Origin: Octopus vulgaris
Lineage: Eukaryota
Assembly: GCA_951406725.2 (NCBI GenBank)
Contig: OX597823.1
Location: forward strand, 86,428,001-86,492,000
Length of the DNA: 64,000 bases
Direction of reading: 5' to 3'
In this document: positions 29,352 through 42,900 of the stretch, one piece after another
How the letters are laid out: the number at the start of each line of letters is the position of its first letter
How positions within the stretch are numbered: the stretch's first letter is position 1
Made by a program: the position numbers and the translations under genes
The notes under the pieces: generated by a model
What the model saw: the letters and a program-made list of their open reading frames with translations, nothing else
Databases searched by the model: none
Told to the model about the DNA's origin: nothing

Positions 29352-30294
29352 TACATATGCATATATATATATATATATACACACAAACACAAACACACAC
29401 ACACACATATAGGTGTATAGGTATATGTTTATAAACATTAAGTATGTGTGTAAAGGTATCTGTCCAGGTATGTTTATTTATGTTTATGGCTGTATGTGTC
29501 TATGTAAGCATTTATGTATATGCATATACATACATACATAAATACATACATACACACACACACACATATATATATATATATGTATATATATATGTATATA
29601 TATGTATATAAGTATACACACATACGTACACACGTCTATGCATATGTATGTAATACACATATGTGTGCCTGTAATATATATATATATGTGTGTGTGGAGA
29701 GTAGGTGTATGTATCTGCGTTTGTATTTATGTCTACATCCTTATTCATTATGTATACTGGCGATATAATATTACCTGTTTCACTATTCAAAGGCCATTTT
29801 CTTGTGCATTGTCTATAATCTCAAGCAATTCTTATGCCGACTTAGCCATCTAAAGTAGATGTTAAATCACAAAATTGCTAATATTATTTGAATATTACTA
29901 AAATAAAGTGCAGGTCTAGTCGGCTTTTAATTATAATAAAAAAGACATCTTATTGTTTACTTCTTCTTTCACGTAAATAGCCATTTCATGTAGATTATGA
30001 ATTTAAAATGTATCTTCTTGTCATTTTCTTTTTAAACTTCGCCAACTCGGCTGACTTTGAAATAGAATATCAATGAAAAGACTAAAACAGAAGCTAAACC
30101 AGAGAGATATAATTTAGTGAATATTCATATTATATCTATAGCTGTTTCTTTAATATACAATGAATGACAAAGATAAGAGTTTAAGTAACACTACAAGAAA
30201 CTTAAAAAATGAATACTTTCCTTTTTTTTATATATTCTTTGATGATTTCTTTATATTTTTGTTTTTGACCTGTTCCTTGTTTTTGTCTATTTAG

Positions 30295-30303
30295 ATAATA
30301 ATG

Positions 30304-30370
<67 letters not shown>

Positions 30371-30372
30371 TG
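30295..30372. repeat. (AAT)n microsatellite
   Basis: Directly visible. Confidence 0.97.
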
Positions 30373-31187
30373 CTGATAAAATAGTAAAACATTAAAAGTA
30401 AAAATTCATATCAAGGTAATAATTGAATATTTAATTAAGTTTTAATTCTCTTATAAAGTAGCTTAGGTTAAAAAAAAAGACGTTAATATTAATTTACTCT
30501 CTGAATTATCTTTTCGTAGTCATTGGCGACGGTTGTGAGATTGGAGAGTGGTGGCGGGGAGAGGATAACATTAAAAAAAAAGACTACCAAAAATGTAAAC
30601 TGGTAGTAAATTAATAATATTCTGTGTTGCCAAAGCAAAACAAAAATAATAAGATAGAGCAATAGTGAATATATTCTTGTGTTAGTACACGAGCGAATCT
30701 CAGTTTACCTGTTGGTGACATTAAGATTACTACGAGGGCTTGCTACTGTCGTTGTTGATATTAAGTCTCAGACACGCCATGGTTGAACAAACCAATGACT
30801 AAAGTCGTTCCTGTTATGACCATGGCGTCGTTGTCCATTGGACATATAGCCTCGTTTATCACTGATTTATTTATCATTGATCCGGGATAACACGTTAAAC
30901 TAATAATTATTTCTACTCTAGGCACAAGGCTTTGAATATTCCTGGGAAAGGGGACCAGTCGATTACATCGACCCCAGTACGCAACTGGTACTTATTTCAT
31001 CAACCTCGAAAGTATGAAAGGCAGAGACGCCCTCCGCAGAATTTGAACTCAGAAGGTAACGCAGGCGAAATACCGCTAAGAATTTCGCCCGGTGTGCTAA
31101 CGATTTTGCCAGCTCACCGCCTTACACTGTTGTGTTGTTAAACCAAAACTAAAATGATTTATATATATATATATCTGTGTGTGTGTC

Positions 31188-31462
31188 TGATCGTTACCAG
31201 CGTTGCTTTACTGGCACTTGTGCCGGTGACAAGTGAAAAAACATTCGAGCGAGGTCGTTGCCAGTGCCGGTGGACTGGCCCTCCTGTCGGTGGCACGTAA
31301 AAGCAGCAACTACACTCTCAGAGTGGTTGGCGTTAGGAAGGGCATCCAGCTGTAGAAACTCTACCAGATCAGATTGGAACCTGGTGCAGCTATCTGGTTC
31401 GCCAGTCCTCAGTCAAGTCGTCCAGCCCATGCTAGCAAGGAAAGCGGATATTAAATGATGAT

Positions 31463-31465
<3 letters not shown>
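31188..31465 (+). mobile_element. 3' part of a further SINE family
   Basis: GGTTGGCGTTAGGAAGGGCATCCAGCTGTAGAAA motif and a (GAT)n-like tail. A decayed match lies near 28810-28920. Confidence 0.55.
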
Positions 31466-31558
<93 letters not shown>

Positions 31559-33319
31559 GGAGACCAACACTGGATATATTTTTGTGATGATATTCGAGCT
31601 AATCTTTCAGTTTTCTTGTTTGTAATATTCCTTTCTGTTATAGACACAAGGCTTGAAATTTGGGGAGAAGGGGCTAGTTGATTGCACTGACCTCAGTGAT
31701 CAATTGGTACTTATTTTATCAACCCGCGAATGAAGAAAAGGCAAGTCGACCTTAGCGGAATTTGAACTCAGATTGTGAAGACGGGCAAACTGTCTCTAAG
31801 CATCTTGCCCGGCGTGCAAACGATTCTGTCAGCTCTCTACCTTAACCTGTTAGTAATACTGGTTTCAAATTTTGGCACAAGGCCAACAATTTTGGGGAAG
31901 TGTTAAGTCGATCGCACCGACCTCAGTGTTCAACTGGTAGTTATTTTATCGATTCCGAAAGGATGACCGGCAAAATCGACCCCAACCCCCTAGTGAAATT
32001 TGAACTTAGAACGTAAAATCAGACGAAACACAAAGCACTTTGCCATGTGAGAAAATGACTCTGCTAGCTCTCCGCCTTAACTTTTAGTCATATTCAGACT
32101 ACTTTGTGGGGGCTTCTCGATGTTCTTGTTGCTGCTGTTGTTGTTGTTGTTAAATCTCAGTTCTGTCCTGTCTGAACAGAGCAAGATTCTACTGGTTATT
32201 CGAGATGTACAACTTAGTTACATGGGAAAGAAATAACGAGGGAAAAAATAGAGTTGGATAAGGTGTTCTTAAAAGTTCTAACATCTGTTAAATTCCCAAC
32301 TCTACTGTAATACATAGAACTACAGCTTCCCCTTTACTAATCCCGGATTTTCTGTTCCTATAGCGTTAAGGTTTCTGAATGACATTTGATTCTCATTGTC
32401 AGGTTGCATGTGAGTCACTTTGCACTTCACAGTTCATTCACCTTATGTTACTTGATGTTTATGGTAGTAAGACTCTAAAGGCTTGTGGGGAAGAGTTCAA
32501 TCTGAAGCATTAAAATGCAGGCGTTTGTTAGAACATGGGAAAATGTAATAGAACACACTAAAACATGGGTGATATGATCTCTCGCCATGTTACATGCTTG
32601 CAGAAGATAAAGAGAAAGCTGGAGATTTTAGTTTGACGAAAACAGAATCAGTTCGGATTTTAAAATAATAAATAAATGCGCCCTTTTTAAAGCTTAGCCA
32701 GGCTCATGGGTCCGGTTTCCCGGTTTCATTGGCATATGCGTTCCCCAGCTGGATGGGACGCCAGTCCATCGCAGCGTTACTCATTTTTGCCAGCTGAGTG
32801 GACTGGAGCAACATGAAATGAAGTGTTTTGCTGAAGAACACAACGCGTCGCCCGGTCCAGGAATCGAAACCACAATCTTACGATCATAATACTGACACCC
32901 TAACCGCAAAGCCATGCGCCTCCACCAGTTCGGATTTAATGCATGAAAAATATCTTTGATTGGTGATAGCCGTGCATTGCCAGAACTAAGAAAAGAACAA
33001 CAGGCAGAAGGCCGGCGAGATTGTGTTGAGGTTGATTCAGATGTCCCAGTTGTCAATCAAAAGGAGAACCGAAGAAATTGTACGTTTGATAAAGGGAAAT
33101 AAGAATGCAAAAAAGAATGATGCACATAAAAATCAAGATAGTGAACCATAAAGTGAAGAATGGTTTTCAATTTACATGCATGTTCAATTGGTAAGCAAAT
33201 GATATGCTAAGATTGAGAAATGAAAATATATATCTGAGTTACAAATGAAGAGAGAGGATGTGATACGAGAAACTCCTGTCAGTGAAAAATGTAAAGATCT
33301 GAAACAACAAACTCTACAG

Positions 33320-33993
33320 CAGTGCTACTCAAAGTGTTGGTCTGCAGACCGGTGCCGGTCCGCGAGCCATCAGCTACCGGTATGCAGCGAATTTCCAGAA
33401 AAGAAACATAAAATGTTGCTAAAATGTTAATGTAATGTTACATTATCTACTCTTTTACTTGTGGCCATGTGGCCATGCTGGAGCACCGCCATCAGTCGAG
33501 CAAATCGCCCCCAGGACTTATTATTTCTAAGTCTAGTACCTATTCTATCGTTCTCTTTTGCCGAACCGCTAAGTTACGGGGATGTAAACACACCACCATC
33601 GGTTGTCAAGCGATGTTGGGGGACAAACACAGACACACAAGCACACACACACACATACATATATACTACGGGCTTCTTTCAGTTTCCGTCTACCAAATCC
33701 ACTCACAAGTGGTCGGCCCGAGGCTATAGTAGAAGACATTTGCCCAAGGTGCCACGCAATGGGACTGAACCCAGAACTATGTGGTTGGCAAGCAAACTAC
33801 TTACCAAACAGCCATTCCTTATATTTATTTTGTTTACAAAATAAAACAAGATGAAAAAATTCTCAATTTTTATCATATTCATTATATATATTGTTTCCGG
33901 TATAAATTAATATTACTAAGAAATATTACCTGTCCCTGACACATTGGAAAAAATAAACTGCCAATACGCCACCAGATAGTTTGAAGAGCACTG
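33320..33993. mobile_element. hAT (Charlie/MER5-like) MITE interrupted by a SINE
   Basis: TIRs CAGTGCTACTCAAA / TTTGAAGAGCACTG; 8-bp TSD-like flanks CTCTACAG / CACTACAA. Confidence 0.65.
33447..33820 (-). mobile_element. SINE family B nested in the hAT MITE
   Basis: Reverse-complement match. Further decayed copies lie at 23020-23320, 34895-35325 and 57475-57710. Confidence 0.8.
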
Positions 33994-34419
33994 CACTACA
34001 AGACATGTTACGGAGGTTGATTAGAAACAGGAATACATGGCAAAGTTGGAGTGATATCCAGATTTCTCCTGGTACACTCCCAAGCTCCAGACATTCGAGT
34101 TGAAGATCCAGTTGTCTCCTGAGCTGACCCAGGTGTAATCCTACCAGCTATTACTCAACATTAACTTAGATTCTATATCGAAACATAAATAAATTTTGAA
34201 GTGTTTTTTTTAGGTAACGTCAAAGTAAATAAATATAAGATTTTTTCATAATTTTTGCATTATGACATACAGGTAACATTAGATATCGTTTTCTTCGCAA
34301 ATATAATTTTGTGATACAGTAGAAAACTACTTCGTCGTAAAGGAGTCCAGTAATACCAAATTAGGTTTGTTGATTGCCTCAGTATTAATAAAATTGTACA
34401 TAACATAATTTCCACCCTA

Positions 34420-34625
34420 AAGTCCAATCCTTGTCGAAGTGTAGTGTCTAGCGTGCCTCAGTGCCCCAATGACTGAGCCTTATGCCAGCGGAGCTCCTGG
34501 GTAGGTCCGCATTTGCTGGACAGGTCAAAAGGAACATCTTTCCAGACGTAAAAATGGGTTTGTGTAGGGCCAATATTCCTGCCGAGAAAACGAAAAGCAA
34601 AGTCACAGAAGTATCGACGGCCTTT
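34420..34625 (+). mobile_element. RTE/BovB-like LINE 5' UTR remnant
   Basis: CCTTGTCG...GCGTGCCTCAGTG...GAGCCTTATGCC...GGTAGGTCC...GCTGGACAGGTCAAA follows the motif order I recall for RTE-clade 5' ends; not checked by alignment. Confidence 0.45.
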
Positions 34626-34691
34626 CCCCAGGGAAACACTTGCCCAAGGTGCCACGCAGTGATATATATACATATACATACATACATGCAT

Positions 34692-34752
<61 letters not shown>

Positions 34753-34850
34753 GAAGTGGTAAGACAACAAAAGAATGAAAGAGACCTCGGTAATATGTAA
34801 ATAGAAGAATTTATCTGTAAATATATGTAATAATTGTCACATATTATATT

Positions 34851-34895
<45 letters not shown>

Positions 34896-35109
34896 TCTCT
34901 TTCAGTCATTTGACTGCAGCCGTTCTGGAGCAGCACCTTTAGTAAAAAAATCGACCCGGGACATATACTTTGTAAGCCTATCGATATATTTTGCCAAACC
35001 GCAAATGTTACAGGAACGTAAACACACCAACATCGGTTGTCAAGCAATGACGGGAGGTCAAACACAGACACAGAAATACATACATATACACATACACACA
35101 CATTCACAC

Positions 35110-35189
<80 letters not shown>

Positions 35190-35872
35190 GATAGGCTTCT
35201 TTCGATTTCTGTCAAACAAATCGAATCACAAGGCTGTGGTCAGCTCGAGGCTATAGTAGAAGACACTTGCCTAAGATGTCACGCAGTGGGTCTGAACCCG
35301 GAACCATGTGGTTGGGAAGCAAGCTTCTTGTTTCTTTATTGCCCACAAGGGGCTAAACATAGAGGGGACGAACAAGGACAGACAAAGGGATTAGGTCGAT
35401 TACATCGACCCCAGTGCGCAACTGGGACTTAATTTATCGACCCCGAAATGATGAAAGGCAAAGTCGACCTCGGCGGAATTTGAACTCAGAACGTAACGGC
35501 AGACGAAATACACACAACCACTCCTGCACCTATATATATATATATATATGTATCTTTTAGTTGTTTCATGCAATAGACTGCGGCCATGGGCACCACCGTA
35601 ATGGATTTTATTAATCGATAGAATCCTAGTAATTAATATATCGGTCTCTTTTTCTTGAACAGTTAAGTTACGTGGATGTAAACACACCAAAGCAGTTGAC
35701 AAGTAGTAGTAGGACGCGCGTGCGCACACACACACAAATATGCGCCGGATTTCCTCCCTGTTCCCGCCTACCAAATCTACTTGCACGTTTGGGTCGGCCC
35801 ATGGCTTTAGGAGAAAGTTGCGCAAGGTGGTATATATTGGGACGGAACCCGGAACCAAAGTTCGAAACCTGT

Positions 35873-35927
<55 letters not shown>

Positions 35928-36208
35928 AGGACCTGGTTCAAGCATATATATTTTAGGATCTGATTCAAGTGAATCAGGTCCTTAAATTGTAAAGCACCGA
36001 GGGTGGGTCAGTAAAATCGTTTTCGAGAAAAATGATTATTGAAGAACAGATATTTACAACCGGTGTAAAAATTCGTGTTTACTTTAGTAAGTGAGTATTT
36101 GTTCTTGAAATATTGTTTAAAGGCGAAAGTGATTTCGCTGACACGACCTTGGTGCTTTGCTACAAACACACATACAATAAATATAAATATAAATATATAT
36201 AAATATGA

Positions 36209-36260
<52 letters not shown>

Positions 36261-36360
36261 AAAACAAAGATATTTTATTGGACACGGTTAGGAGTTTAGG
36301 AAAAATAGAATTTGAAAATGCACTGAGAATAGTTAGAATATTATTATGTTAAAATATTTA

Positions 36361-36405
36361 AAACTTTAACCGGTTTCACAGTTTACACTGATTTTCAAAA
36401 AGTTC
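36361..36405 (-). ncRNA. Minimal hammerhead-like motif (UUGAAAA core) in the PLE 3' terminus
   Basis: Minus strand: GAACTTT-TTGAAAA-T-CAG-TGTAAA-CTG-T-GAA-ACCGGT-T-AAAGTTT. Helix I is 7 bp; helix II is weak. Confidence 0.6.
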
Positions 36406-36975
36406 AAATAGAATTTGTGGCTTATGTCGCTTCTGACTAGTGTTTGAAGTTTGCCCTGTTTGTTATAAGGAATTCATGGCTCAATGTAGCATATGTTTTA
36501 AATAGGATCTGATTGGTTTAGAAATGTCACATGACTGATTTTAGAAATTTGTGTAGGTTCCCCGCTACGTCCGTATGTGAGCGTCAAGTGACAATGTTTG
36601 CGTCGTAAAGTTGAGGCTGACACTGTTGACTGCACAAGTTCAAACAATCAATGCTCTGAATGTTTTCTGTGAAGTGTTTGCAGAGAATGGACACATGATT
36701 AAGTTTATAACCGTGTGTACGTTTCCCGCTACGTCCGTGCGTTAGTGTAACATGACAGTATATTTTGCGACGAAAAAGAGGGCTGACATGGCTGAGCGAA
36801 CATATTTAGTTATAATCAAGACAGACCAAATTTAATCTGTCTCGTTGGAGAGTGGAGAGGAATCGTTTGTATGTAGTCCAATGGTTAAAATTTAGATTGT
36901 TATCTGTGTAGTTTCCTCATGATAAGCAGCAGAATGAATTTTGTGTGTGAATAGTTATTTGTGTATGTACCTCTG

Positions 36976-38030
36976 TTAAAGTTTGCTAAGTCTTGGATTG
37001 TACTTTTGTATGAAAGTATTTTCTTTATTCATCCATGCTTCATCTGTGGTATTCGCTGAACATAGGTAGAGTGGAAAGACCTGAAATTTAGGAGACTTAT
37101 TTTTTGCACATATTTCTAAGTGATGACCCAATGAGATCTGTCTTGTACTGGGTTCTCGTATTTGTTGTTGGTGACTGGTCAGTCTATTTTTTAGAGTCTG
37201 GCCTATGTAATCTTCATTACATCCTTGACATTTGACATCGTATATTAAACTCCTTGAAGAACATGTAAAGTGATTTTTTACAGTAAAAGTCTATCCTGAT
37301 TTGAATTTTTATGATGTGCCTTCAATAAGGTTGATGCACGTCCCGCAATTGGGGCGGCCATATTTTTTTACTGTTGGTAAAGGAATTTTGGAAGCAAATG
37401 TGAGGAAGTTTTTGAGATACTTTGATTGTCTTTTACTTTTGCTTATTTTGCTTATTTTGCTTTTTTCATTCGTGGGTCTTGTTTTAGTAGTGGAATATTC
37501 GGGTGGATAATATTGTAAACCTCTGTGTTTCTTGGGTTGTGTTTTGTAATAGATGGTAGATTATTGGATGTATCTGGAGCGTTTTTCGTTTTCCGTAGTT
37601 CTTCGATATTTATTGCCTTGGCAAGTTCTATTCTGTTGTCTATTAGAATTAATTAGACCTTTTTTATTAGTTCCTGGAGTCTTTTATCATGAGTTTCAGG
37701 GTTTGAGACAATGTTGCAGATTCTTCTTGCTAGTTTGAAGGGGACATTATTCTCCGTTTGGGATGGCATGAGGGGAATAGTAAGTATTGTTTAGAATCTG
37801 TTTGTAGTGAGTATCTGTTTCAATGATTGTATCTCTTTTGGTGATTAATATATCCAAAAATTGTAGTTGAGTTTTACAGTATTCCACGGTAAAGTTAATA
37901 TTATTTTTATGCTTTCGATCAAATTTTTGAAATCTATAAGTTGCTCAAATCTAATCATAGGATTAGGAAGTCATCTAAGTAACGTTTCCAGTTTTCTGGT
38001 AGATATTTGTGGAAGTTCAAGCCATATATT
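36976..38030 (-). pseudogene. PLE reverse transcriptase C-terminus plus GIY-YIG endonuclease, disrupted
   Basis: YLDD and LIY...YIG motifs are readable; in-frame stops and frameshifts are present. Confidence 0.88.
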
Positions 38031-38646
38031 AATTTATATTGTTCATGTATCTGGACGTCCATGTATGCCATGACAAGATTGGCGTACGTCGGGGCAACTT
38101 TGGTCTGTAAAAATGTCTATTTAATGAGTGCTGCTGTTTATATCTTTCCTGATGAGATTGAGGCATAGCTGACCATAATTCTTCCTGTCGGATGTAATGG
38201 GAATGCATCCATCGAAACATATGTGGACGATATGAAGATATAAATGTTTTAATAACATCCTGAGCATTTGTCTCCTTTTTCAATTTTCCTAGATATATAA
38301 ATATATATGTGTGTGTCTGTGTGTGTGTTCATAAAAAAAGGAGTAAAAAAGTCAACAGGAAAAATCAACAACGCACGGACGTGTACATGCAAAATATTAA
38401 TATGAGCGAGAATAGAACAGGTGTGAAACATTGTTTCTATCAAAACATACTATTATGATGTCATAATAAAATGCTAACCTAACACTTCGGTTACACTCTT
38501 TACATTATTCAGATGTATATCACAGCAAACGAAAATCGAAAGACAATGTATGTCTAATACTTTGTTGGCATTTGGTGATACACAGAGCTATAAGGAATGT
38601 TAAATATTAACTGTTATGCTATCTCTTTGCAAATGAAATTCATGTA

Positions 38647-38684
<38 letters not shown>

Positions 38685-38711
38685 GGGGTGAAAAGGAACA
38701 CACGAGTTGAT

Positions 38712-39160
38712 ATATATGAAAAAACAAGTAAAAATAGAAAATGCTAAAATAATTTTATAGTGAACATTTTCAGTACCGGTTTCATCATTTTGAGACCTTT
38801 TCAACTGTAACGATTAAATAATTAAATTTAGAAAAATTAGAAGAAAAGTTTTTTAAAAGAATATTTCTATAGTAGTGTTCAGATTTAAGTGGCATTCTGC
38901 CTTTCTCTGACTCCTTGTTTGCACTTGTGTGTTCGAACACACAAGTGCAAACAAGGGAGTCAGAGAAAGGCAGAATGCCACTTAAATCTGAACACTACTA
39001 TAGAAATATTCTTTTAAAAAAACTTTTCTTCTAATTTTTCTAAATTTAATTATTTAATCGTTACAGTTGAAAAGGTCTCAAAATGACCGAAACCGGTACT
39101 GAAATGTTCACTATAAAATTATTTTAGCATTTTCTATTTTTTACTTGTTTTTTCATATAT
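38712..39160. mobile_element. Near-perfect ~450-bp palindrome with no spacer (centre TTCGAA at 38932-38937), flanked by (TA)n; PLE-terminus-like fold-back
   Basis: CACTTGTGTGTTC|GAACACACAAGTG at the centre; the arms match out to ATATATGAAAAAACAAG / CTTGTTTTTTCATATAT with only a few indels. Confidence 0.85.
39061..39104 (+). ncRNA. Minimal hammerhead with compensatory U3-A8 core (UUGAAAA)
   Basis: TTACAG-TTGAAAA-GGTC-TCAAAAT-GACC-GAA-ACCGGT-A-CTGAAA. The mirror copy at 38768-38810 (-) has a damaged helix II (GAT instead of GACC). Confidence 0.72.
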
Positions 39161-39190
39161 ACATATATATATACATATGGGGAGAGAGAG

Positions 39191-39239
<49 letters not shown>

Positions 39240-39687
39240 CACACACACACATACACACTAAGTAGATAAGTAGATAGATAGTTACATAGGTAATATGGAC
39301 TGACAAGCACATGCACACATACACAAACGAAGGCTGAAATACATGACCATACATATACACACACATACACACACACACAAGGACACATATAGAGACGCAT
39401 TCATACATAACCTACGTACGTACATAGTCACACAAATCCATATACATAGACACGCTGAAATATGCACACACAAGAAGAGAGAGGTACACACACAAATACA
39501 TACACACATAAAAATAAAAACACATGACTATGCAGAATATATAAATACATACATACAAACGTACACACGCATACACATATATATGCATACGCCCATACAT
39601 GCACGCACACATACATACATGCATACGTACATACGTACATACATACATACATACATACATACATACATACATACATACATACATAAA

Positions 39688-40012
39688 GGAGCACTCCGTG
39701 TGTTACGACGACGAGGGTCCCAGCTGATACGATCAACGGAACAGCTTGCTCGTGAAATTAACGTTCAAGTGGCTGAGCACTCCCAGACACGCGTACCCTT
39801 AACGCAGTTTCCAAGGAGATTCAGCGTGACACAGAATGTGACAAGGCTGGTCCTTTTTGAAATACAGCTACTACTTATTTTTGTTAGCTGAGTGGACTGG
39901 AGCAACGTGAAATAAAGTGTCTTGCTCAAGGACACAACGCGTCACCGGGAATCGAATTCACAACCTTACGATCATAAGCCGAATGCTCTAACCACCAAGC
40001 CACGCGCCCTCA
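39688..40012 (-). mobile_element. SINE related to family C (shared 3' tail, different middle)
   Basis: Shares the TAAGGGTAC...CGTTAATTTCACGAGCA...CCCTCGTCGTCGTAAC tail. A related head with another tail lies at 32678-32927 (-). Confidence 0.75.
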
Positions 40013-40089
40013 CAATACATACATACACTTCGAAGTGCATTCCTTGACCATGTTTGCATACATGAGGCTGATAACATCATAAGACTTTT

Positions 40090-40775
40090 GGAAGATCGCT
40101 TCTTGAGCAACACTCTCTGTCTGATAACCTAGAATACAAACCCAAAGACGTCGTACGACTCTACCGCAACGTATCATCAGATGAAAGGATAAGCCTATAT
40201 GAGCAGAAGACTACACGGAGAAAGCTCCGTGATGTTAGTAACATCGATCATCAAAGCAGTTTACTACCTCCCACTTGTGTTTGCAATCCAGGGAACAGGA
40301 AATATAAACCAAGCACCTGACGCACAAAAGGGATAGAGATGCGGGAAAAGCCGTAAAATGTGACAACCATGCAGAATTTGCGGAGTTCACACTGAAGATA
40401 TCACCCACATCATAAGCAGTTGTCCGAAACTGTCATCACGGTATTATCTACCAATGAGATATGATGTTGTACCTCGGACACTGTATAATGAAATCCGTCG
40501 GTAGGATACTTCTGAGGACAAGGAAATAAGAATCCACAATATGGTAGAAGCCATAGCCACTCACAATAAAAAGGAATACTGGTGGAATGTACCAGTGATG
40601 ACCTCAATAAAATGTAACCACAACAGATCTGATATAATGATTTGGGATAGAGAAGAGAAAATGTGCACAGTTGTGGAAATTAGCTGCCCAGTAGATGTAA
40701 ACATAAAGCTGAAGATCAGTGGAAAATAGAACACCTATGCTGAACTATTGAGAAATCTGCAGTTACTGTATTGGG
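40090..40775 (+). pseudogene. RLE-type non-LTR retrotransposon 3' remnant (R4/Dong-like)
   Basis: CCHC knuckle CRICGVHTEDITHIISSCPKL..RYYLPMRYD, followed by WWNVPVMTSIKCNHNRSDIMIWD..K.CTVVEISCP.D.N (PD-(D/E)xK restriction-like endonuclease). Confidence 0.8.
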
Positions 40776-42409
40776 GCAACTGGTTTTCCAATCCAAACTA
40801 TATGTATGTGTATGACTTTGCTTGGAGTTGTAGTGGTTTGTGATATTCCGTTGGAATATTTTTTATCATGATCCATGATCTCAAATTACTAAACTACTAC
40901 CACACCAACCTACTTCAGCCGCCACTCTCCTGGGTTTTTTTTCAACCTTACCCCTCACTCTGCCAGTCTCACCCCATTTCTCCCCCCTCTCTCCTCCTCT
41001 CTCCCTCCCCTCTATCGCTTTCACACAATCACCTCAGGATGTATACTATACATCCACCTCTGCACCAAGCACGAAGTTCTCCATGCATCTTCATCAACTG
41101 TCCAAATATAGATGTTTGCTTAACCGCACCACAAAATGGTGCCGATAACCTAGAAACAAAGATACTAATGCAATAAATTTCTGTTCTTCCACACCGTAAA
41201 TTCCATTCACATTAATAGTGCGCTTTCTATGAATTCCTTCCACTCACAAATTACAATCCATTAAAACTCATCACAAACATGAGGCACACACTCAGACAAC
41301 CAATCAAATGTATCGTCCAAACTCTCCCTCTGCCCTGCGCATTCAGTTCTAGTACACATGCACCCACAATTCGCTCTTTTGCTTATTTTTCTGTCCATTG
41401 CACCCGTGAAAACGACGATGATATCTGAAAGGTACTTTGATATAAATAAGTACACACTAAACACACACTGATAGCCAATCTTGGTACAGACAACTGGTAA
41501 ACCTCAAGCATAGGCAAGGTTTGCAAGGCTTGTCTAGATAACACAAGGTCGATGATGATCGATCAGTAAGAAATTTTAAGCAATATTATTCAATATATAC
41601 AATCCACTTCGCCGCACACCAAATTCGACAGAAATTCCCATAAGATAGCCATTATGCAACTCCAGTATTTAGCAACATAACTTGCTAATTATTCGATGAT
41701 AAATATGTGGGTGAAGTGAACGATATAGGTACTTTATGTTCAACGAGTGCTTCGAAAGACTCACCAAACGTACGTTACGTAACTTCAACGTGCTACTTTG
41801 ATGTTCCGTATTCCTTCTTTTCCGCTATATTTCTGCTTGTTGCTTACAAGTACATTGTCTTGTAAGCGCTATAGAGAAGAGTACCCTTACAGAAGAAACA
41901 CTGAACATCTACATAAAATCTTAAGTTACATAATATTCGTTCGCTGAGTCTTTTGAAACACGCGTAGTATCTAACTAGCTATTTTATTCCCTTCACCTAC
42001 AGGTACATATATGTATAAAATTCAGGCCTTGTGCCTATAATAGAAAGGATTACTATTTAATAACCACCGAAAAGAAAGGAACCAGCTTTTAATGGATTGA
42101 GTGCTCGAGATTTTTGTTTTATTTCCAGTAGAAGCTGCTTTTACTTTAGTAGGAAGGCGGCTAGCTGGCAAAATTGTTAAATACGCCGGGAAAAATGCTT
42201 AGCGGCATTTCTTCCGTCTATACGTTCTGACTTTAAATTTCGCCGAGGTCATCTTTGCCTTTTATCTTCTCGGGGTCGATAAAATAAGTACCAGTTGATC
42301 ACTGGGATTAATGAATTCGACTTACCCGCCCTTCTAAAATTGTTGGTTTTGCGCCAAAATATGAAGCTGTTATTAGTGATGAAGTAAGATGCTAATATAA
42401 ACAGTTTAA

Positions 42410-42570
42410 GCGTAGGAGTGGCTGTGTGGTAAGTAGCTTGCTTAACAACCACATGGTTCCGGGTTCAGTCTCACTGCGTGGAACCTTGAGCAAGTGTCTC
42501 CTACTATAACCTCGGGCCTATCAAAGCCTTGTGAGTGGATTTGGTAGACGGAAGCTGAAAGAGGTCCGTC

Positions 42571-42655
<85 letters not shown>

Positions 42656-42900
42656 TGTGTGTGCATGTGTGTACATGTGTGTGTGCGTGTGTGTGTGTCT
42701 GTGTGTCTGTTCCCCCAACATCACTTGACAACCGATGCTGGTGTGTTTACTTCCCTGTAACTTAGCAGTTCGGCAAAAGGGACCGATAGAATAAGTACTA
42801 GGCTTACAAAGAATAAGTCATGGGGTCAATTTGCTCGAATAAAAGGCGGTGCTCCAGCATGGCCACAGTCAAATGACTGAAACAAGTAAAAGAGTAAAAG
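42410..42900 (+). mobile_element. SINE family B
   Basis: Full-length match. Confidence 0.85.

Larger units (their letters stand above)
36259..38030 (-). mobile_element. 5'-truncated Penelope-like retroelement (Neptune-like, Cys-rich linker) with its 3' end abutting (TA)n
   Basis: Minus-strand translation gives ENWKRYLDDFLIL (~37960-37995), NINFTVE..QLQFLDILITKR, GRPNCGTC, and the GIY-YIG domain SLIYDVKCQGCNEDYIGQTLKNRLTSHQQQIR...KENTFIQKYNPRLSKL* (stop at 36976). Followed by a 3' UTR and an HHR-like motif. Confidence 0.9.
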
